Notes under the pieces: generated by a model | What the model was told of the DNA's origin: nothing | What the model saw: only the letters and a program-made list of their open reading frames with translations | Databases searched by the model: none | Shown here: one piece after another, positions 1 through 4,849 of the stretch | How positions within the stretch are numbered: the first letter of the stretch is position 1 | Layout: each line of letters opens with the position of its first letter | NCBI GenBank assembly: GCA_023136205.1 | Contig: JAGLRQ010000099.1 | Coordinates: 1 to 10,430 of the forward strand | Length of the DNA stretch: 10,430 nt | Reading direction: 5' to 3' | Origin: Candidatus Auribacterota bacterium | GTDB lineage: Bacteria > Auribacterota > UBA6266 | Program-made: the position numbers and the translations under genes

Positions 1-60
1 GAATTCGAAGTTGAAGACGGTCCTAAAGGCCCACAAGCCACAAAAGTAACGAAAATATAA
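1..60 (+). CDS. Cold-shock protein (CspA/CspB family), C-terminal fragment; the gene starts upstream of the window
   Basis: Frame 1 reads EFEVEDGPKGPQATKVTKI then TAA (58-60). This matches the conserved C-terminal strand of cold-shock domain proteins (compare ...FEIVEGNRGPQAANVTK in B. subtilis CspB, recalled from memory). A hairpin terminator follows at 205-240. Confidence 0.7.
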   Translation, partial: EFEVEDGPKGPQATKVTKI

Positions 61-202
61 CCTAAAAAACAAGTAAGGCCTAGCGATGGACAGACACCGA
101 TTTTCCTTAATACTTCAACCAACTTAGCACAATCCTTGCTTAAAACTTCCGCTTCCTCGGTTATTAACCACTTACGAAGTTCTTTCAACACAGGGAGCCG
201 GT

Positions 203-272
203 TTAAAAAAGCAGGAGACTTTTAGTCTCCTGCTTTTTTATGTCCGGTTTTACCGGTCAGCAAAATAGGTGG
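203..272 (+). repeat. Copy 1 of a 70-nt double-hairpin repeat (terminator hairpin, then a tgtccgg-tttta-ccggNca hairpin, then an aataggtg tail)
   Basis: Hand alignment to 2299-2368 gives 60/70 identical positions with no gaps. Confidence 0.7.
205..240 (+). terminator. Intrinsic, bidirectional-looking terminator downstream of the cold-shock gene
   Basis: A perfect 10-bp stem gcaggagact (211-220) / agtctcctgc (224-233) with loop ttt. It is flanked by A6 (205-210) and T6 (234-239). Confidence 0.75.
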
Positions 273-283
273 CCCTTTTTAAA

Positions 284-303
284 TTACTTAATTTTACTTA
301 ATT
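284..303. repeat. Perfect tandem direct repeat, 2 x ttacttaatt
   Basis: ttacttaatt occurs at 284-293 and again at 294-303. The repeat lies 10 nt upstream of a candidate -35 element. Confidence 0.8.
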
Positions 304-313
304 AACAAAATAT

Positions 314-343
314 TTGCTTTTATTAAAAAAAAAGAGCTATACT
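314..343 (+). promoter_or_regulatory. Candidate sigma70-type promoter for the membrane-protein gene pair
   Basis: TTGCTT (314-319), an 18-nt spacer, then TATACT (338-343). The ATG at 350 lies 7 nt after the -10 element, so a leaderless transcript is possible. This is a weak, by-eye call. Confidence 0.3.
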
Positions 344-349
344 GTTGTT

Positions 350-889
350 ATGATACCGTTCATTAATCTACCGGTTAAAATAGTGCGGCTTTTTACTTCT
401 AACGTATCCCCGAGTGAAATAGCCGCGGGGGTATGCCTGGGTATGTTTATGGCTTTTATTCCTTTAAACGGCCCTATGGCTATCGTCCTTTTAATATGCT
501 TGTTTGTCTTCAAGATAAACAGGCTCGCCGCAATGCTGGTACTTCCTTTAATTAAAATTTTATATTTACTTGGCATATATTCGATTACAGACGCACTCGG
601 GGGCCTTCTGCTCATTAAGGCTGATTTTCTTGCTCCTGTTTGGAGTATCCTGACACACTTTCCTGTGATTGGGTTATTAGACCTGAATAATACACTTGTT
701 ACCGGAGGCCTTGTCCTCTCGGCTATACTCTGTTTTCCTGTATACCTGTTTTCTAAAAAAGCTATCGTGATTCTCAGAAAAAAATATTTTGACAAAATAA
801 AGAACTCGAAATTCGTAAAATGGCTTTTGAAGATACCTATTATCGGAAAACTCATAACCTTGACAGACCGCCTAAAAGGCAGCGCATAA
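350..889 (+). CDS. Polytopic inner-membrane protein, DUF2062/TIGR03546-like
   Basis: This is ORF 314..889. The first ATG is at 350 (MIPFINLP...), and TTG 314 is an alternative start. The protein has several hydrophobic helices. The motif SPSEIAAGVCLGMFMAFIPLNGP resembles the DUF2062/TIGR03546 signature as I recall it. The stop TAA (887-889) overlaps the next ATG (TAATG). Confidence 0.65.
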   Translation: MIPFINLPVKIVRLFTSNVSPSEIAAGVCLGMFMAFIPLNGPMAIVLLICLFVFKINRLAAMLVLPLIKILYLLGIYSITDALGGLLLIKADFLAPVWSILTHFPVIGLLDLNNTLVTGGLVLSAILCFPVYLFSKKAIVILRKKYFDKIKNSKFVKWLLKIPIIGKLITLTDRLKGSA

Positions 890-2214
890 TGAAAATGTTC
901 AACATTAAAGGAATTGTAATACTCATAGCTCTTTTTGTCGCGGTACAGATCATTTCCGCTTTCCTTATTTCTCCCCTTCTTGGGCCGGTTGTGATAGAGG
1001 CTATTAATAAACATAGCGGTACAAAAATTTCGATAGATAAGGTAACTGTTTGGCCTTTGACTCTATCATGTTCCCTAAAGGGCTTGAAAGTGTTTGATCC
1101 TGATAACGAAAAAGAACGTATAGCGCTCGTTCAAAGCGCGTCTTTCAGATTAAGCCTGCTTGGGCTTTTATCCAAGCGTCTCGTTATATCCCGACTTGTT
1201 GTATCGGGTGCCGAAATAGATGTAAAAGGCGAACCTGATGGAAGTTTTAATGTACAGAAAATCGCCCGGTCAAAAGAGGACGCCGAGAAAGCGGAGACTG
1301 CCAAAACCAGTGCGTTAGGCCAACTTAAGGGTAAGAAAGATTGGTTCAGCCGTATTTATAACATGGTAAAACAAAAGTCTTCCAAAGAAACTGCCGAGAA
1401 AAAAGAAGTCAAGCGGGTAGAGCGAGCGATAGACGAACTCCCCCGCGGTCGAAGGGTCAGGTTTGTGACACCAAGCGATAGATACATATTTCAGATTCAA
1501 AATTTCATAATTAAAAACTCGCGTCTGAAGCTGGAAACTGATGTCGGGGAAACGGTTGATATAGACAAAGTTGCTATCTACATTAAAAACCTTAGATTGA
1601 CCTCCGCTGCAGGGGCCCGTTTTGACAAGCTCGGCCTACAGGGTATTGTAAGTAAAGACGGCAAACTTTCCGGCAATTTCGATTTAGATTACGCGCAAAG
1701 TTTCAAACAAAACAGACAGACAACAATCTGTGATCTTTCCGCAAAAGATGTTGATCTTCCGACACTTAAATTTATTTACGCGGATTCTCTGCCTGTAGAT
1801 TTTGAAAAAGGAATTATATCAATTAATTCGCGTACTAATATCGTAGACGGAGAGCTCGATTCCGCTAATTCATTAACGCTGAAAGGCCATACGATTCTAC
1901 CTAAAAATAGCACTCAGGTTGTGGCGTTCGTACCTCTGCCGGTTATTTGCGATGCGCTTAATAAACTTGATCCCGCGAAAATGAAATTTCAAATAACAGG
2001 TACGGTTGACCAACCACAGTTCAAAGGGTTTCAGGATATTTTGATCAACCTTATAAAACCTTACATCGGGAATATTACTGAGGGCCTGAAAAAAGATGGA
2101 TTGAAAGCGCTTGACGGTTTACTTAAAAAAGAAACTAAATCTTCGCAGGAAGATACTTCCCAAGAGGAAAGTACTACCTCAAAAACCATAGATTCTATTA
2201 AATCTCTTTTTTGA
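889..2214 (+). CDS. N-terminally anchored AsmA-like/DUF748/TIGR03545-like envelope protein
   Basis: This is ORF 820..2214. The preferred start is ATG 889, overlapping the upstream stop. A TM anchor IVILIALFVAVQIISAFLISPLL is followed by KISIDKVTVWPL...LKGLKVFDP...SFRLSLLGLLSKRLVISRLVVSGAEIDV, a pattern typical of AsmA/DUF748 N-termini. There is a K/E-rich linker, and the protein ends ...IKSLF. Confidence 0.65.
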   Translation: MKMFNIKGIVILIALFVAVQIISAFLISPLLGPVVIEAINKHSGTKISIDKVTVWPLTLSCSLKGLKVFDPDNEKERIALVQSASFRLSLLGLLSKRLVISRLVVSGAEIDVKGEPDGSFNVQKIARSKEDAEKAETAKTSALGQLKGKKDWFSRIYNMVKQKSSKETAEKKEVKRVERAIDELPRGRRVRFVTPSDRYIFQIQNFIIKNSRLKLETDVGETVDIDKVAIYIKNLRLTSAAGARFDKLGLQGIVSKDGKLSGNFDLDYAQSFKQNRQTTICDLSAKDVDLPTLKFIYADSLPVDFEKGIISINSRTNIVDGELDSANSLTLKGHTILPKNSTQVVAFVPLPVICDALNKLDPAKMKFQITGTVDQPQFKGFQDILINLIKPYIGNITEGLKKDGLKALDGLLKKETKSSQEDTSQEESTTSKTIDSIKSLF

Positions 2215-2226
2215 CACCCGGAATAA

Positions 2227-2252
2227 GAAATAGCGGCAAATACCGCTTTTTC
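2227..2252 (+). terminator. Weak intrinsic terminator after the AsmA-like gene
   Basis: The core stem is agcgg (2232-2236) / ccgct (2243-2247) with loop caaata, extended by A/T pairs with one mismatch, followed by a T-run (2247-2251). Confidence 0.45.
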
Positions 2253-2298
2253 TTATACATTAACCAGTTATCAAAATCGGCCAACCCGGGAAGTCAGC

Positions 2299-2368
2299 TT
2301 GAAAAAGGAGGAGACTAAAAGTCTCCTCCTTTTTTATGTCCGGTTTTACCGGACAGAATAATAGGTGT
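2299..2368 (+). repeat. Copy 2 of the 70-nt double-hairpin repeat
   Basis: 60/70 identical to 203-272. The second hairpin tgtccgg (2337-2343) / ccggaca (2349-2355) is perfect in this copy. Confidence 0.7.
2302..2335. terminator. Bidirectional intrinsic terminator between convergent genes; also part of repeat copy 2
   Basis: The stem is ggaggagact (2307-2316) / agtctcctcc (2320-2329) with loop aaa. It is flanked by A5 (2302-2306) and T6 (2330-2335). Read on the minus strand, it sits downstream of the 2387 stop and shows loop ttt and a T-run. Confidence 0.7.
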
Positions 2369-2386
2369 CTCTATTAAAATTAAAAA

Positions 2387-2767
2387 TTATTCATCCGAAG
2401 AACAACCAGCAGCTTTAGCCGGAGCTTCTACGATGCCGACAACAGCTTCTTTTGCAGTTTCCGCGGTTCCCTTAATCGGGGTGGTAATAATTTCAGGGGC
2501 CTTTTTTATGTTACCGGTCAATGTTTCTCCGGTCGCCTCAACTGTACCTCCAACTGTTTCTGCCGCACATTTCACAGTTTTTCCGGCAGCCTTAACAGTT
2601 TCACCGGCAAGCTTCACAGGATAGGTTACAACTGACTTAATAAATTCGCTGCCGCCGCTTATTGCTTTGGATCTCTTTCCGGGCTTATCCGCAAAAGCAG
2701 GCGTTAAAATAAAAACCGCGATAATTACAAGAACAGAAATCGTTAGTAAACTTTTCCCAACTTTCAC
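2387..2767 (-). CDS. Small secreted protein with heptad-like xxETVxx repeats, function unknown
   Basis: This is ORF 2387..2821. The preferred start is GTG at 2767, 7 nt downstream of GGAGG on the minus strand. That start gives (M)KVGKSLLTISVLVIIAVFILTPAFA/DKPGK, a classic signal peptide. The mature part contains AGETVKA-AGKTVKC-AAETVGG-TVEATGE repeats. Confidence 0.6.
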   Translation of the reverse strand: MKVGKSLLTISVLVIIAVFILTPAFADKPGKRSKAISGGSEFIKSVVTYPVKLAGETVKAAGKTVKCAAETVGGTVEATGETLTGNIKKAPEIITTPIKGTAETAKEAVVGIVEAPAKAAGCSSDE

Positions 2768-2847
2768 TTTATTTCCTCCATCGTTTTGTTGCCGGCTTCG
2801 GCAATGTTTTTTTATATCCACCGCTTTTCGCTAAAGCGAGTAAGGAA

Positions 2848-2875
2848 ATTATATAACAAGCCGGCAATTACTCAA
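2848..2875 (-). promoter_or_regulatory. Candidate promoter for the secreted-protein gene, divergent from the fur-like gene
   Basis: The minus strand reads TTGAGT (2875-2870), a 16-nt spacer, then TATAAT (2853-2848). The implied 5' UTR of about 70 nt carries two small hairpins, including ttgccg-gctt-cggcaa at 2786-2801. Confidence 0.5.
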
Positions 2876-2898
2876 GCTAAATATATCTTAAAAAGGGT

Positions 2899-2927
2899 TT
2901 GACAAAAAATAATATCTTGTGTATATT
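2899..2927 (+). promoter_or_regulatory. Candidate sigma70-type promoter of the Fur-family gene and operon
   Basis: Consensus TTGACA (2899-2904), a 17-nt spacer, then TATATT (2922-2927). The RBS AAGGAG is at 2951-2956 and the ATG at 2965. Confidence 0.55.
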
Positions 2928-2933
2928 TGTAAA

Positions 2934-2948
2934 TGGAAACCATTTTCA
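2934..2948. promoter_or_regulatory. Degenerate Fur-box-like 7-1-7 site overlapping the predicted transcription start of the fur-like gene
   Basis: TGGAAAC-C-ATTTTCA matches 12 of the 14 half-site positions of the perfect site TGAAAAT-A-ATTTTCA at 3454-3468. It starts 7 nt after the -10 element and is embedded in the palindrome aaatgg-aaa-ccattt. Confidence 0.4.
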
Positions 2949-2964
2949 ATAAGGAGTTATTGGT

Positions 2965-3438
2965 ATGCCTCGTGGAAACGGATTAGGGCCGCCGTGGTGG
3001 CATGGTAGATTTAGAGGCTGTGGATATAAAATTACTCTCGGTAGAGAAGCTATTCTCAATGCGCTTATCAAAGCCGATCAGCATTTAAGCGCTGAGGATA
3101 TTTATCAAAAGGTTCATACAACCTACCCTGCCATAGGATTAACAACCGTATACAGAACACTTGAAATCCTGGTTAATATGGGCCTTGTTTTTAAGTTTGA
3201 TTTTGGTGACGGCCGGGCAAGGTATGAACTCGTTGAAGGATCAAAGAAAAGCCATCATCACCACCATTTAGTATGTACCAATTGCAAACGGGTCATTGAC
3301 TATACAGATTTTGTAGATGATGAAATAGGATTACTTAAAAAAACAGAAAAAGGTTTATCTAAGAAATACAGCTTTGAGATAACAAATCATGTTATACAAT
3401 TTTACGGGCTGTGCGGCCAATGCAAAAATACTAAATAA
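2965..3438 (+). CDS. fur: Fur-family metalloregulator (Fur/Zur/PerR class not resolved) with a DUF5320-like extension of about 22 aa at the N-terminus
   Basis: The winged-helix region reads LSAEDIYQKV...IGLTTVYRTLEILVNMGLV. It is followed by SHHHHHLVCTNC and a C-terminal CGQC, i.e. the His-rich sensing site plus a CxxC...CxxC structural site typical of Fur-family proteins. The N-terminus is MPRGNGLGPPWWHGRFRGCGY. An AAGGAG RBS lies 8 nt upstream. Confidence 0.9.
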   Translation: MPRGNGLGPPWWHGRFRGCGYKITLGREAILNALIKADQHLSAEDIYQKVHTTYPAIGLTTVYRTLEILVNMGLVFKFDFGDGRARYELVEGSKKSHHHHHLVCTNCKRVIDYTDFVDDEIGLLKKTEKGLSKKYSFEITNHVIQFYGLCGQCKNTK

Positions 3439-3447
3439 TTTTTTCAA

Positions 3448-3474
3448 TATTAATGAAAATAATTTTCATTAATA
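3448..3474. promoter_or_regulatory. Perfect 27-bp palindrome with a Fur-box-like 7-1-7 core; putative operator
   Basis: The sequence is tattaatgaaaat-a-attttcattaata, with core TGAAAAT-A-ATTTTCA at 3454-3468. It lies 10 nt after the fur-like stop codon and 7 nt before the AGGAGGAGG RBS of the next gene. Confidence 0.6.
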
Positions 3475-3497
3475 AAAATTAGGAGGAGGTGAGCAAG

Positions 3498-3875
3498 ATG
3501 CCAAGAGGAGATGGAACCGGCCCAAGGGGAATGGGTCCCATGACAGGCCGGGCAGCAGGTTACTGCGCCGGTTATTCCGCGCCAGGTTATGCTAATCCGA
3601 TTTCCGGCAGAGGCCGGGGATTTGGTTATGGCCGCGGCAGAGGCTATGGTTGGGGCCGAGGCGGACGAGGAAGACAGGCCTGGGTTGGCTATGGACCCGC
3701 GTGGGGATACCCATATGGAGATGGCCTTGATTATGCAAATCCCGGCGCTCCAGAATTCACACCGCAACAGGAAGCAGAGATGCTTAAAAGAGAGGCCAAG
3801 GCTATGCAGAATGAGATTAACTCCATAAACCAGCGTATAAGTGAATTGGAATCTGCGGCAAAAGAGGCCAAATAA
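3498..3875 (+). CDS. DUF5320-family protein: conserved N-terminal motif, RG/aromatic-rich low-complexity region and C-terminal coiled coil
   Basis: This is ORF 3489..3875. The preferred start is ATG 3498, 8 nt after AGGAGGAGG (3481-3489). MPRGDGTGPRGMGPMTGRAAGYCAG matches the DUF5320 N-terminus as I recall it. It is followed by GRGRGFGYGRGRGYGWGRGGRGR and then the helical QQEAEMLKREAKAMQNEINSINQRISELESAAKEAK. There are tandem TAA TAA stops. Confidence 0.85.
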   Translation: MPRGDGTGPRGMGPMTGRAAGYCAGYSAPGYANPISGRGRGFGYGRGRGYGWGRGGRGRQAWVGYGPAWGYPYGDGLDYANPGAPEFTPQQEAEMLKREAKAMQNEINSINQRISELESAAKEAK

Positions 3876-3878
3876 TAA

Positions 3879-3942
3879 GTACTCAGAAAAGTTAGAGGTT
3901 GGAGCAAGTAAGAAAGAGCTCACTTACCTGCTCCCTGAGTAC
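3879..3942 (+). other. Intercistronic RNA stem-loop with no U-tract
   Basis: The outer stem gtactcag (3879-3886) / ctgagtac (3935-3942) has 8/8 pairs. The inner stem ggagcaagtaag (3901-3912) / cttacctgctcc (3923-3934) has 11/12 pairs. There is a 14-nt 5' bulge and a 10-nt loop. Confidence 0.4.
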
Positions 3943-3967
3943 ACAATCTTAGAAAAGGAGATTTTTT

Positions 3968-4366
3968 ATGAGGGCGGCTATATCCACAGATGGTGGTTTT
4001 GTATCTGCTCATTTTGGCAGATGTCCATCTTTTACTATCATAGATATTGAAAATGGCAAAGTTGCGAAAAAAGAGGTTTTAGACAATCCCGGGCATCAAC
4101 CTGGACTCATACCGCAATTTTTACACCAAAAAGGCGTTGAATGTATAATTTGCGGCGGGATGGGAATGCGGGCAGCAGGTTTTTTTGAAGAACTCGGCAT
4201 ACAGGCGATTGTAGGGATAAGCGGCAAAATTGAAGAAGCAATAGAAAAACTTCAAAAAGGAACTTTGGAAGGCGGTAAAAGCTCATGCAATCCCGGCGCG
4301 GGCAAAGGTTATGGGATAGACAAAACTGTATGTGACCACCCAAATGAAGAGAACCACGAACATTAA
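3968..4366 (+). CDS. Stand-alone NifX/NafY/NifB-C-terminal-like domain protein (dinitrogenase FeMo-cofactor-binding fold, MTH1175-like) with a Cys/His-rich tail
   Basis: The family-typical pattern is MRAAISTDGG.VSAHFGRC..F.I.D.ENGK....VLDNPGH...CGGMG.RA...L.E.GI.A. The RBS AAGGAG is at 3955-3960. The extra tail reads SSCNPGAGKGYGIDKTVCDHPNEENHEH. Confidence 0.85.
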   Translation: MRAAISTDGGFVSAHFGRCPSFTIIDIENGKVAKKEVLDNPGHQPGLIPQFLHQKGVECIICGGMGMRAAGFFEELGIQAIVGISGKIEEAIEKLQKGTLEGGKSSCNPGAGKGYGIDKTVCDHPNEENHEH

Positions 4367-4383
4367 TTATAAAAGGAGGGGCT

Positions 4384-4758
4384 ATGAAGGTTTGTGTTAC
4401 TTCTGAAGGAAATAATCTGGATTCTAAGGTTGATCCTCGTTTTGGCAGGTGTCAGTATTTTATCATTGCGGATATCGATACTTTAGCATTTGAGGCTGTA
4501 CAGAATCCGAATATTGACTCAATGGGCGGAGCGGGAATTCAGTCCGGGCAATTAATAGCAGGGAAACAGGTAAAAGCTGTTTTAACGGGAAATATGGGGC
4601 CAAATGCTTTCCAGACACTACAAGCAGCAAATATAACCGTAGTTACCGGAATATCCGGCAGTGTTAAGGAAGCAGTCGAGAAATATAAAAACGGTGATTT
4701 TAAGGCCACGCAGGGGCCAAGCGTAGACTCAAAATTCGGCATGCCTCCGCAAAAATAA
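4384..4758 (+). CDS. Second stand-alone NifX/NafY-like domain protein
   Basis: MKVCVTSEGNNLDSKVDPRFGRCQYFIIADIDT...VQNP...GGAGIQSGQLIAGKQVKAVLTGNMGPNAFQTLQAANI fits the same fold pattern. A strong RBS AGGAGGGG (4374-4381) lies just upstream. Confidence 0.85.
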   Translation: MKVCVTSEGNNLDSKVDPRFGRCQYFIIADIDTLAFEAVQNPNIDSMGGAGIQSGQLIAGKQVKAVLTGNMGPNAFQTLQAANITVVTGISGSVKEAVEKYKNGDFKATQGPSVDSKFGMPPQK

Positions 4759-4849
4759 TCTAAAAAAGATGTTAGCAATGGAACACGCCGCTTGTATAAA
4801 CGAGCGCTTAAATGAAACAATTAACAATTTTAAAATAAGGAGGTGTACA

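Noticed and set aside
1-6. A GAATTC (EcoRI) site exactly at the window start, as a possible cloning boundary
   Set aside because: This cannot be distinguished from chance, and the window boundaries are arbitrary. It has no biological implication.
1-222. An open minus-strand frame (…VLKELRKWLITEEAEVLSKDCAKLVEVLRKIG…) running from about 191 through the left window edge
   Set aside because: It would lie antisense across the strongly recognisable cold-shock C-terminus and start inside the terminator region without an RBS. Its length is within the range of the spurious ORFs seen elsewhere in this window.
337-1014. A 225-aa minus-strand ORF overlapping both envelope genes
   Set aside because: It is antisense to two ORFs with clear membrane-protein or AsmA-like features. 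It has no RBS and no recognisable motifs, and its composition is that of an AT-rich shadow frame.
203-2368. The two 70-nt repeats read as ends of a mobile element, MITE or integron cassette (attC) carrying the 350-2214 gene pair
   Set aside because: The repeats are direct, not inverted, and there is no transposase or integrase. I could find no target-site duplication and no GTTRRRY / RYYYAAC core sites. Both copies sit exactly where terminators are expected.
3448-3474. The 27-bp palindrome read as an intrinsic terminator of the fur-like gene
   Set aside because: The stem would be almost pure A/T, with one G:C pair per arm and no proper U-tract. Its 7-1-7 core matches a Fur-family operator much better.
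3504-3512. The RGD tripeptide in MPRGDG read as a cell-adhesion or integrin motif
   Set aside because: The protein has no signal peptide. The paralogous motifs read RGN and GGN, so the Asp is not conserved. This is most likely a coincidental part of the Gly-rich motif.
3450-3923. A minus-strand 157-aa ORF and a +2-frame 79-aa ORF (3589-3828) inside the DUF5320 gene. Similar Pro-rich or Ala-rich ORFs lie at 4729-4977 and 4808-5008.
   Set aside because: They are shadow frames of GC-rich Gly/Arg codon runs. GGN read in antisense gives Pro-rich or Ala-rich open frames. The sense frames have strong RBSs and family motifs.
3841-4050. A 69-aa + strand ORF spanning the DUF5320/NifX-like intergenic region
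   Set aside because: It overlaps the ends of two well-supported genes out of frame and covers the intercistronic hairpin. It has no RBS.
3968-4758. Reading the NifX-like genes as evidence of a nitrogen-fixation (nif) cluster
   Set aside because: No nifH, nifD, nifK, nifE, nifN or full-length nifB is present in the window. Stand-alone NifX-like domains are widespread in non-diazotrophic anaerobes.
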